From Paragordius varius (lineage: Eukaryota; Animalia; Nematomorpha): DNA of 64,000 bases. The stretch covers positions 4,650,001 to 4,714,000 of the forward strand of contig OZ176057.1 of NCBI GenBank assembly GCA_964247055.1, read 5' to 3'. Positions 14,759 to 27,339 of the stretch are shown piece by piece. The notes below the pieces were generated by a model. The model did not search any database and was not told where the DNA came from. It saw only the letters and a program-made list of their open reading frames with translations. How positions within the stretch are numbered: position 1 is the stretch's first letter; each line of letters begins with the position of its first letter. A program made the position numbers and the translations under genes.

Positions 14759-15884
14759 CACTGCTCAACAAGGTTTTGCACCACCCCATTATTTTTGCAT
14801 TTTTTGATATACCTAATGGCTTGGAAAGGCCAAAACAAAAAAGAAAATTGAGGCCACCAATAGGATTTTTCCGAAATTTAATTTTTAAATTTGTATTAAT
14901 TTAAAAATAACAATCATTCCTCGTGTACATATGTTTAAATATTCAAACGAACAAGTCGCTACAAGTAATATTCCATGCATGAATAACAAAATTCTAGGCA
15001 TTAAATAAGATAATAAACAAGCTAAGAGCCAAAGTATTAAAAATCTAAAAGGGGCTTATGTATAGTGTGATAGATCCGGGCGGCTGCACAAGCTCTGCAT
15101 ATCCCCCAAGCGATCCAATTATGCCAGATATGGCAAAGATAACAATAAGTAATCGTAAAGCCCGATAAGAGATACTTGCAAGCAAAATTCAGGCAAATTG
15201 ACATGTCAAATTAACCAATTCACAGAATAAAGTTAGATAAATTCTACAATTAAATTGAAAAAAAAGATTAGGTAAATACAAATGGTCCAATCCCATAATA
15301 GTAAATTCTACTAAAAGTGGCTACACAACATCCATCTAAAATTAAAAATACAAAACAACCAATAATTTTAAAAAATAAAGTATATCCACTAGGTATAAAT
15401 AAAGGATTTTTTGTAAGAACCAACTCAAAAAAAAGCCTAATAAGTACTCGAAAGAACGAAAACTAACAAAAAAATATAGTCTATCTGAAAGCCGAAGGTT
15501 TAAACCATAGAATGCCTTTTTTAGTATTTTTTTAAAATTTTTTTATACGTATTAAAAATTCACTTGAAAGAAATTTTGACGTTTAAGTCCGTACTATTTT
15601 TTTCTCTCTGATATTTAAATGACATATTTATATTCAAAAGATAGAGTTTAAAACGCTTTATTAAATGATATTAAGTTTATAATATAATAACATTTTATTA
15701 TAAAGTTATATTTGATTTTCTCTCGATTTTCTCTTGTTTTAGAAAAATTGAAAAACCTATAATATTTCAAAATTCTAATTGGCGGGATCAAATATTTTTT
15801 CACATTCGGTTTTAAAACACTGAAATTAGTCATACAAAAGATTGAGTGGTGGTGCTCAAAAATGTCCAAATTTGTCGACTAGTG
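14759..15884. mobile_element. Tc1-like non-autonomous DNA transposon, copy 2
   Basis: Same-orientation near-identical copy of 6406..7525 with TA at the left flank. Confidence 0.75.
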
Positions 15885-16198
15885 TTATCTAGATTTATCT
15901 CCTGTGTGGAAAAAAATAATTTAACATTCGCAAATACATGGATTTCGGGAGGAGGGGGGGGTTCAATTTGGTGTAAACAAAAAAAGGTTTGAAACCACTA
16001 ATCTAAAATTTATTCTGGGCTAGTACATTTTTGGGCCTTGTGTCGGTTTAAAATTAAACTTCATAAGGGAAAAACGTATTAACAAGTATTAGATGCCTCA
16101 ATACTTTTCCCGAAATTAAATTAATTTTAACAATAATTCTTTATGCATGCCTGGATTATTTATTAATTAATATTTGTATCTAAAATAATGATTATATA

Positions 16199-16229
<31 letters not shown>

Positions 16230-17031
16230 TACAATACATAATAATTGAAATTCAATACATGCAAATGTTATAGTTTTTATTTTATTGTTCAGGATAAACA
16301 ATAATATTTGTCATAATTCTTAAAAACGTTCTAAAAATATTGCATATAAACCTTATTAAATGTTATAATATATATATTAAATAATATGTCAAGAAGCACA
16401 ATTGACTAATAACTAGTCTTTTTATACAAGTAACTTATTATTTTAAAATAATACATTTGTTTAACTTCATTTTAAGCGTGGCTCATTAAATTCTAAATTA
16501 ATTGTTTAAAGAACCTTTAAATAAAAAGAAAATCGTATTTAGTAAAAAATTCTAATTACCATTACAATACTTATTTCTCAGAATAAAAAGAGGAGCTTAG
16601 GAACAACTTCTGATATCTAATTTTGTTTATCAACTATACAGTTAATATTGATAATCCTATTCTCTTAACTATTATGATACGAATATATTACTATTGTTTC
16701 CCCGTTAAAAGTTTAGTTAAAATAGAGATTATGTTTTTTTGCACATTTCTATATACCATACCATATCCCCTCCATTCCATTCCATTCACTTCTTTTTATA
16801 AATACTATTATCTGCTTTTAAATTTTTTTTAAGGGGAAAGATATTAATAATTTTACCTTTATATTTATTTTTTGAAATTTAAATTTTTTCCTATGCCTAT
16901 TTATCGTTAAGATCCATCCAAATTTATCAATTATAAAAATCATGTTAGTTATATAGTATTAATTTATTTTTATTACCAAAAATGTAGTCATTTTTATATT
17001 AAAATCAATTTTTTCCCGTCAAACATATTTA

Positions 17032-19497
17032 ATGTTGATTAACGGCGCCAATTTGAATTTATTATTCATTATTATCCTCAACATTATAATTGGCGTTAGG
17101 GAAAAAGGGGTAGCTCTAAATTCTACAAATTCAATCAAATTATCCATCGCTTCTTTCTTAAACCAAAGTCAAAACAGTCATAAATACATGCGTGAAATTA
17201 TTAAACCATTTCACCTTGAAACTATTTTAATAAAAACAGGACAAAATTTTAACAATATGACACCGCCTATTATTGCTAACAAAAGTATAATGGGCTCAAT
17301 CAGAGAATGTAATAATCAACATGTTTGGATTAACTCTGGTCCGAGGGTGCAAAAATTATGTGTGTTGTTATTCAAAGGAGAGCCAGGAAAGAAAAAATTA
17401 TTATTTTATTGGATAAATTCGGCAGAGTTTCTTTTTACAAAATTTAATTATACTAATGCATTTCTCTATTACCCTTTTAATTATGTGTCTCATTATTATA
17501 ATTACTACGAAAAAAGTTATGTGGAAACATTAAATAATCTTACAATAGACACAAATAGTGAGTTTCCTGAACATAGTTTTGATGAATTTTTTCGCAAAAA
17601 CCTCAAACACAAAAGAGATATCGCAAAAAGCCATAAGGCTAAATCATTTCAATACAATGCCAATGACACATCTTCTCGTTTAATGATGCTATCCAATACA
17701 ACGCCTCTTTACTCTACTAAATTTATTAGTAATAATCATACTACCAATTTAACTGTTAAAAATTCTGCCCGCACCGATTTGCAAAATAACGGAACAATGA
17801 CCAACGTAAGTTTATTAGTGAAACAAGGTGGTGCCGATAACACGTATGGTTATAATTTAAGCACGCGTCAACGGATAACGTATATACTGGCACGAAATCC
17901 TAAAATTAGATATGCCCGTCACATATCTATCATAGCTTATTCCATACTGTTTGCCTTTGGGGCCATGGGAAATCTTATGGTCCTTACTAGTCTTTTATGG
18001 TTTAATCGAAGATCATCGCCATCATCCACAGTCTTTAAAATGAAATATACACCCCCCTTCCCATCGTCCCATTCAACAATCCGAATGTCAAAAACTGGTG
18101 CGAACATGGTGAACAGAAAAATTTGTTTGGAAACGTTGCCACACCTAAACAATGCAAGGCATCATCAACATTTTTATAAAAAGGGTAGCCATTTACGGCA
18201 ACCTGTAAAGCTTGTTATGAATAAATGTTCCCACCTCCCAGATACCCGTAGTTTAGGTAAGCAAAATAATCATAATAATGATATAGATAGTTGCAATATT
18301 AATAAATCTTTAAATATTACTCATAATGGTATAAGGTCAACAATAATGGTTGAAAAACTCCCCATTAATCCTTATGAAACCATTAATGAAAGTAATAAAG
18401 AACAAAATTTTAACCAGAGAAGTACGGTAACTTTTTTAAGTAATACTTTTAATGAAACTAATTGTATCCTTCCTTATACAAATAATAATAACAAAAATAA
18501 AGATTCAAAAAGTGGACATTCCTTTGTTGATTTACAAAAAATGTTACTTAATGGTAACACTTGCCATAATGAAAAAAATAATTTGTCCAAAAATAATTAT
18601 TCAATAACGACAAACATTCAAAATGAATTGTTAAAAAGGAGATCCTCTTTTGGACTAAGCAATGATGATGTATTACACATTAATGAAAACAACATTATTA
18701 ATAATCTTACCAATTCTAAAATAATAAATAAAAATAAATCTAAAAATAATGGGACACAAAACTATCAATCATTGCAAAAAAACTCAATACAAATAGACAA
18801 AATTGAGAATGAAAATACTTTTAGGCCAAATTTGTCTCCAAATTTTGATAGAAAAGACGATACAAATATCGCATTAATACCAAAATATCATAGGATAGAT
18901 ATAAATGCCAATATAGATGAACTTTTTCCATTAATTTCGCCAAAACAGACAAATAAATGCTCATCTGAGACTGAAGTAATCAATTTAGTACAAAACACAA
19001 CGGTTAATAATAAAACAGACATAATTCCTAACGAATTTCAACAAATTAATATGGTAAATGATTACCGGTCTAAGAAAATAGGCCCCTCCCTAACCAAATA
19101 CTCATCAATAACCACAAAGTATGATGGTGAAAAGAAGATCCCAAGAAAAATACATAAAAACAGTCAAAGTATTCGAAGTGTCAGTCGAACCCAAAGCCGG
19201 GTTCGATTACTTATTCTACACCTGTGTATTTCGGATTTACTCGTCATTTTTTGCATGGTGCCCCTAGAGCTAGGTTGGGTCATAACCATTTCATGGACGG
19301 CCGGGCCATTTGCATGTCGATTTTTAACGGTTTTACGTATATTTGGTCTGTATCTAAGCTCCTTAATTCTCATAGTCATAAGTGTCGATAGGTGTTACAC
19401 AGTGTGTCACCCCCTGCGATTTGAACAGCAAACTAAATTGGTGTATGTTATGTTATGGGGTGCATGGATCATAGCCACAATAGCTAGCTTACCCCAG
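17032..19497 (+). CDS. GnRH/AKH/ACP-family class A GPCR, exon 1 (N-terminus, TM1-TM4)
   Basis: ORF 17032.. contains TM1 (ISIIAYSILFAFGAMGNLMVL), TM2 (LHLCISDLLVIFCMVPLE), ECL1 WxxG..C (SWTAGPFAC), TM3 with DRC motif (ISVDRCYTVCHPL) and TM4 (WGAWIIATIASLPQ). Phase-0 donor CAG|GTATTA at 19497/19498. The ATG at 17032 is the most upstream in-frame start; the true start is unverified. Confidence 0.92.
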
Positions 19498-22400
19498 GTA
19501 TTAATACTTTTCTCCCTCAAACAATGATGAATTGATTTTTTCTTGGGAAATATTTTTGTCAGGTTCGAAAATATGTTTTAGACACATTTATTTTTTAGAG
19601 GTATTGACGAGGAGTGTATAATAATTTTAATATGTTATCATGTGTGAGATGGAAAGATTGAGGCATATATTTTAAAAGGTTTTTTTCTAAAATTAACTTA
19701 AAGGCATCCAGTTTTTACCATTGAAACATTATTATTTTTCCCATAACATAACTCTTAAAGTTATTTTAATTAAATTTTCATCTTCTTAACTATATTTTGT
19801 GTTGACTGTTAATTTATGATATATATGTAATAGCTAGAGCTTTATTCATGACTAATTTATATTTACAGTTAATCAAATGATTTATGATAAAAACAATTCT
19901 AATTAAATATTTATGATTTCAGAGGGACAAATTTTATTTTTGTAGTATAATAACATTAATAATTGTTAATTTAAAACTTACAGTAGGTTTTTAAAGTAAA
20001 TTTTTTAAATTAAATTGTTTAGCGTTAATTTTTTAAGCAGGCGTTCAAATTTCCTTATCAAAATTTCAGAAATTCCTGAATTCTTTTTTCTGTTTTTAAA
20101 TCATGTTGTTTTATAGTGATAAAATGTAATTTTGACATTTTAAACAGTGTGCGGACGCATTCAAGGGCAAGAATTAGCCAAATCCTGTCGGTTAATTAAT
20201 AATTCAAATCATAATTTTTACATTCTTAAAAATTGGTTATTTTACGTGTAAGATTAGTATCACTTTGCTAGGAATATATCAAGTTGGTCCAAAACTTTGC
20301 ATATTTAATAAACAATGCGATTCTTAGGTACAAACTCCTAAAAAATAAGTTAAAGCTGGTGTTGTTGATAAAATGTATACCTAATTAACTGTCATCAAAT
20401 ATTTATCAAAAGCTCCATTTTTCCAATCACTTATAGAGAATAAGCAAAATTTTAAAAATTATATATATATATTTTTTTAAACATTAAACATATTTTATGT
20501 CAGTCAGGTTAGTATAATAAATGATTTTCAACACAAAAGAATTATCTAAGGTTTCCTATTGTCTAATTGTTAATGTAAAATAATGTTTAATAGAGGAAAT
20601 TACAAAAATAAAATTTTTTCCTATACTATACTATAATAAATAAATAACAAAAAAAAATAATTGTTCTATATATTCATTATATATATATATATATAATCGT
20701 TTTTTTAATCATTAATTTTATGTTTAATAATTTAAATAATTTTTTTTTACGTTTTTATTTTAAATTTTTTTTTCATGAATTTTCCAATAAATCAATATAT
20801 TATAGTATAGTATATACGTATGAAGGGGTAGTACTGTGACTTAGAGAATATTTATAGTGTCTAAAAATTTTTTTATCATCTTTAAATAAATCCAAATAGT
20901 TAATAATCTTTTTAATCAAAATTTAGTAGGCTTAATTTCCGATTTCCTTATTTTGATAAATTTATATGCAAATGTATATATTGTGGTAATCTAAGCTCTA
21001 AAAATTAAATTGATAATGTCGAATTGTAGATTATTTTACATTTCAATATTCTTGTGGTGTAAAATACATTGGTATATATAATCCCGCCAATTAAAATATT
21101 TTACATGTATCTTAATTAAATAAATATTTAACATTACACAGTATATAAGTTTTAGAATTATAAATAGCCACAAAATAGTCTAAGAGCCGAATTTCAAAAG
21201 ACATATAATAATAAATAATTTGGAGTACAGATATATAAAAAAGTAATATTTAATTTTACTATACTATTTAATTATAATATTTGCCAATTTTAACTATTAC
21301 TAATTCCAAGAAAATTGTTTTTAAAGGTTAGAAAAATTATTCTCTCTTCTAGAAAACTTTTTCAAAAAATTTCGCCCCATTTTATGTTTTTTAAATATTT
21401 AATATCATCGTTTTGAATACCATTTTTATCGCTTTCATAAGGTATAATAGCATAAAGACACAAGTATTTAAATTTAAAGTCATTTTAAAAAATTACATTT
21501 TCCCATTATATTCTTATAAACAAGTAAATATAATGATTTATTCGATAAAAATAATATACGTAATGGTTTTTATATAATAATAATAAATTATTCAAACTTA
21601 AATAACAAATAAATATTAATTACAGTCGAAAGATCAAAGAATGTTAAATAAATATGATATGAATATTAATTTATTATAATGATTTTTAGAATTATTTTTT
21701 TAACAAATTTTTTTTCAAACATCCAACTACAAGTGGGAAAACTACCAAGATCCAATTAAAATGCATGTTGCATGCAAAGTAAAAGCATGGCATCTTAATT
21801 AATAAGTTTAGTATCTATATTGAAATTCTTTATGCACCACCTATAAGTAATTTTAATTTATTTTAAAAAGTCCATTTAAACTCTATAGCACATTTTTCAC
21901 TGGGGGTAGCTTTATACCACAGAGCTATTGCTCAAATATTATCCTTAAATTTTTCGCCTGAGACTTTAGCTTTACAAAAATTTCAAATTTTAAAATCTTC
22001 ATTTCAAACTTTTTCGCTGCCATTTTTTTCTTTTTGATTTTTTATATGGCCAATGCGGCAAGGAAATACGTGTATATTATGGTTAAAAAGTGTAAATAAT
22101 TGTAAAGCTTTTAAATTACATTTTACAAGATTTTAATAATTATTTATTCTAATATGAGTTGTTTGATTCAATCGTGTTTTGGAGCCCTCTAAATTTGGGA
22201 CTTTATAAGTCCATTCAAAAACTGTATAAACTCTAATTTTTTTCTAATAGGGTAGGAGAGTTTTTGAAGATAATTAAATTTTAAACAAAACAACTTTTAA
22301 AATTGTAGATTACTTACTTTAAGCTCTGGCTTTGCCATTCGACTTACAGAGGCATCATTTTTTAAATTGTCTATATTTTGCCAACATGTTAGCCCATTTT

Positions 22401-24465
22401 AATGTGTTAAATCATTTCCCAATGTTTTAAAGAAGTATCAATGCTTCAATACTTTCATATAATAATCGATTGTAGAATAGTTAGGGCGTAAAAAGCTTAC
22501 ATTTACGCTTATAATCGTATTTTTGTTAAATAAAATCTCAGGTAACTTGAATATTTCTTTAATATGATGCAAGTCTACACTTTTTAAAAAGAAAATAACT
22601 CTAAAATGCACAACTATTTAGGTCAAACTTTGGTTAAACCACTAACTACTTTGTAGAAAAAGATTTAGTCATGTGTTATATAAATATTGTTGAAAATAAT
22701 TTTTAACTCCTGTAATACTTGTTTAGAAGTAAAATTTTAATTAAAAGGCTACTTTTTTCAAACATTATATATGACCTTAGGTAAATGGCAAAAAAACGCG
22801 TTTAAATGATTTTTAAAAAATAGATATTTAATAATATATATCTAACTTTCGGCTATATTTGTATATTTTTCAGGATAAAGAAAAAAACGAAATAAAAAAA
22901 ATATAACCGAATATTAGATATTTATTAAATAAATTAACTATTTATTTTTAAAAATCATTTATACGCGTTTTTTTGCCATTTATAACTTGATTTATAAATG
23001 CGTGCTTCCTTACTTTTTTCGATTATATAGTTTGATTGAAACATTACGGGATTCTTCAATTTTTAAACCAAAAAGAAACTTAAAACCAGAAAAATGTTTT
23101 GACATATTTTTTTGTGAACATAACAATTTTAAAACGGTCTTTCTAATACATACAGAAATGAAAATGTATTCTCTTATCATTATCTTTCGAATGTAATTTC
23201 TAAATCGTATAATATTATTATTTAAGGACGTCATTTTAGTGTTTATATTAGTTGTGTGAAATTTATGAGGATGGGAACTTTTTATTTTAATATGAAAACC
23301 ATCAAATTAAAAAAACTTACATAATATAAAAATTAATCTGTCAAATTATGTACACTGTTTATTAACTTTTTTATATAAGGTTTGACAAACCTAAATTGTA
23401 AAATTTAGTCAAACAACACGGTATTTTATCAAATACTCAAATATGATTATAAGCTACATGCTAAATAAATTTATTTAAATTTTAGCAAAAATATTAAAAG
23501 GACAAGACTAAAATACATTAATTAATGAACATACACGTTCGAGGATTTTAAAGGAGAAATAATCAACTTCATCTTGCAAATTATATAAATGCTGACGAAT
23601 TCGGTCATGCCGACACGGCGCTCTTTACTATTAATCAGTGGTACTAATGAAATTTGTTTCAAAGACCACCAAAAATATATTTATCTTGTCTCAAGGGTCA
23701 TTCACCATATAACATTAATAAAAATTTCATAGCTAGTTTATCCATTTTCAGTAATTATACCAAAATAATTCAGGGCCGCAAAAAAAGCCCTTTATTATCA
23801 CTGCTTCAAATGGCTTGAGAAGCAAAATGCTTAAGGAAAATATGATGGCCTCTAAGTTGACATATATGACAAAATAATAAATTCTTATATTTTTTTGCAA
23901 ACTTGTGGTGCATAGCATATGCTTTATTAAATTGGCAAGAAATGAAATTCATTGATTATTTAATTAAATATTAACTTAACTAAGGTAAATTGAAAACAAC
24001 TGGACAAAAAATTTTTAACTATATTAATCTGTCAAAACTAATGAAGTTTAATAATTTATTTTTTGGTAGATAAGACTTAACAATTTTTACTATTTCCGAG
24101 TGTTATCCAAAAATTTAATTAACAAAAAAACAAATTTGACAGTTTTTTACAAACACTTGGTTTGATTAATCATATTTTTCACGTGAGATATGAAATAAGA
24201 TATGACTTTAAACTTTTTATATTATATTATTTTAAGTTATTTTCTTTGAAACGTTATCTTAGGTTTGAAATCACAGACACTAGGATTGCATGTTGGCTTT
24301 TGAAATGTTCGATACCATCTTGTTTACTTAATTAATTGCTTTAAGAATCAAAACCGTAAATTATTAACACCATATAATCTTTTGGGGCAATATTATTTCC
24401 CAAGTCATGTAAAATTTTAATATTTAACAAAAGTATAGTTGTTTATATTAGTTATATCTTTAGAT

Positions 24466-26312
24466 CAGTGATACTCAAACCGCGGCCCGCGGGCCGCATG
24501 CGGCCCTAAGAGTACTTTAAAATTGCCCTATGACCAAATAGATACATAAATTATTTTTTTTGATGAATTTTTAAAATACATATAAACGAATTTTCGCGTA
24601 TTTTAATATTAATTTATTTTCTTTAAATTTAATTTTGGTAATTTTTATATTTTCCATTGAAATGTAGAAAAATTTTCCTACATTAAATTGATTTCAAAAT
24701 TTTGGCACACGTAGTTTCTGTTTCTGTTTTTATTTTATTTTCCATTTTAAAATTTTTATTGCATTCCCTTTTTGTAAAGTAAGCCTTTCACCCAAACTTG
24801 CATATTCTTTTCTAACTTACATCATTTGATACTCATTTCCATAAAATATTTTTCAAATCAACATCATTAAATTTCGTCCTGTTTTTTTATAGCATATTCA
24901 AATTATATCATTTTTTTGAAAAAAATTACATAATATTTAAACATAAATTAAAAGGATGACATCTAATGCTAAACGTAAATTATCCGATGAAAATCGCTCC
25001 TTTAAAAGAGAATAGGAAAAAAATTTTTGTCGTTTTTAAAAAATGTTGGTACCTGCTTTATATGTAAGGACCACATAATTAAATATAATATGGAAAGACA
25101 TCTCAATGTGCGCTCTTCGTGAGATTTTGCAACGACAACATAATCAACGGGTATTTATTTTTACCAATGAATAATACCACGAGAAGAAGTAATTTCCTAG
25201 AAATAATTAGCATTTTCGATAATAAGGGCATATCTATGAAATTGGTTTTGTGCACAGATGGGTGTCCCTTTATCATTGGAACAAACAAAGGATTTATTCC
25301 CCTTTTGAAAAACAAATATAATTTGCAAAATATTTTATCCTTTTACTGCTTCATCAGCAACTTGGTTTCGCGTATAGATGAATCACTCAATTCAGTAATT
25401 AAAACGGTTGTGGATAAAGTTAACCACTTCCGTGGCAAAGAATTCAACAGCCGTAAATTCAAAAACCTTCTGAAAAATATCCACAGTGAATTTGACAATA
25501 TTTGTACACCGCTGTGCGATGGCTTAGCCTTAAAGTTTTAGATAGACTTTTTGTTTCAAGGCATGAAATTTATTATTTATAAATGATAACAGAAAGTTTG
25601 ACGAGCAAATTTACAGGCACAAACAGTGGGTTTTATTAGCCTACCTTTGCGACATTACCGCGAGGTTATCATTTAACATTTTTATCTAATGAGATGAAAT
25701 TCAGAATTAAGAAGAATTAAAAATTGCTTAAACGTTGAAAATCCATGGCATATGAATATATCCAATATTAAGCAACTTGAGCATTTCGGTTTTGACAAGC
25801 GCATATCATTGAAGAATTCGTAGATCTTAAAAATGATTTCATGAGGCTATATTCAGGGAAAATCGTGGGAAAGAAAGATATGTAGAGTTTTGGCAAGATG
25901 TGCCAAATAAATGTGAGAATATAAGAAAATGTTCTCAAGTTATTAACTGTTTTTCCTTTAACTTACACGTGTGAGGCGGCATATTCAAAAATGAAGTGTC
26001 AAGAATACATACAGAAATCGCAAAACCGATGATCATATGGACGACGTATTAAGATTATTCTCTCATGAGGCGAAACCAAATTTGTCAAAAATTATTGGTT
26101 AATATCAAAATAAATGTTAACGAAATATTTTAATTTTTTAAATGGTGCAAAACGAGTTTCATGCAATCCGCAAAATATTCATTGTGCTGATTTAGAGTAT
26201 AAATATGTGCATATGTGTCAAATAGCTATGAAATATTTGCCATTGGTTCCTGGCCCTCAAAAAAATAATATATTTTATTTGGCCCGTCAAATATTTTTGG
26301 TGAGTACCACTG
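24466..26312 (+). mobile_element. hAT (Buster/SPIN-type) DNA transposon, internally deleted, in GPCR intron 1
   Basis: TIRs CAGTGATACTCA / TGAGTACCACTG, perfect 8-bp TSD CTTTAGAT with central TA, GGCCC subterminal motifs. Transposase remnants MTSNAKRKLSDENRSF (ATG 24956) and CTDGCPFIIGTNKGF (ORF 25119..25541). Confidence 0.92.
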
Positions 26313-27076
26313 CTTTAGATAATCTCTCTACCCAATCCAAAAGGCATTTTTAAAAGACAGCAAAATCCAGGAATTGTTTAAAAACCTTATATTTTTTGGA
26401 TAGAGAGATATATAAATATTGATAAAAAAATATAACAGATAATGTGGTTCTGGTTTGGGGGCTTAAGAGTGATCAAAAATTGTTATATGCATTTTAATAA
26501 TAGTTTCATATTAAAAAATCGCAAAATTCACTGTATATCAAATAAAAATTTTCGGTAAAAACTTAATGGTCCATATGAATATCGTTAATCATAGATTATA
26601 TTTAAAGAACAAAGCAGTATTTTTAAAAAATTTAAAACATTAGATCCAAAAGCCGCAAAAACCTCAAAGAGCCAGTTTTCTTAGAAAAAATGCAAATTTT
26701 GAAATTGCGGAAAACAATTTCTTTTAAAAATTGCACCCTTTAATTTGATTTTGGCAGGATTTTATGTTACTTCATGATTTTTAAGCATGATAAAATCTAT
26801 ATAAAAATCTTAGAGACGAAGAACATTTAGATCTCCTCAGAATTTCGTTTTAAACGTAGTAAAATTTCAATAAAATTTTGTAAAAATGAAAACACTATAT
26901 CTTTATCTTCATTTGAAAGCAGAATGACATAGCGAATTTAATGGTATAAGTGTTTTTTAAAAAAAATCTCAATTATGTTAAAAAAACCATGAAGCATTTG
27001 CATGCATCAAAAAATTTTGCCAAAAAAAGCAAAGGTAAGGTATACAAAAAAATATTTTTTTATATCAAAACCTGCC

Positions 27077-27339
27077 TATTATGTATCGAATATAACGAAT
27101 CGGTGATGAAAATACAAAACAATAATAATTTATTAAGAATTTCGATATATTTATACTTTTTGATTAATGATAATTTTAACATGCATGTGCGTCACAATTG
27201 TAAGAATATGTCTTTTATTCTACGAATATATATATAAGAATTCCACGAATAATGACGCACAAACATAAACGTGCGATTAATATGAAAATATATGTAAGAA
27301 AATATAATGATGCAACGTTGTAGTATCCACTACATAACA
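27077..27339 (-). repeat. 3' LTR (263 bp)
   Basis: Direct repeat of 31104..31365; about 4 differences counted by eye. Terminal inverted motif TATTATGTA...TACATAACA on +. Confidence 0.95.

Noticed and set aside
4291-16832. Short 60-75 aa ORFs across the AT-rich left region, and similar ones elsewhere
   Set aside because: F/I/K/N/Y-rich composition expected from random AT-rich DNA; many overlap MITEs, and there is no motif or splice support.
19498-19527. ORF-track C-terminus VLILFSLKQ* as the real end of a 4-TM protein
   Set aside because: A canonical donor at 19498 joins in frame to a family-typical ECL2 exon at 31810; the extension is intron read-through.
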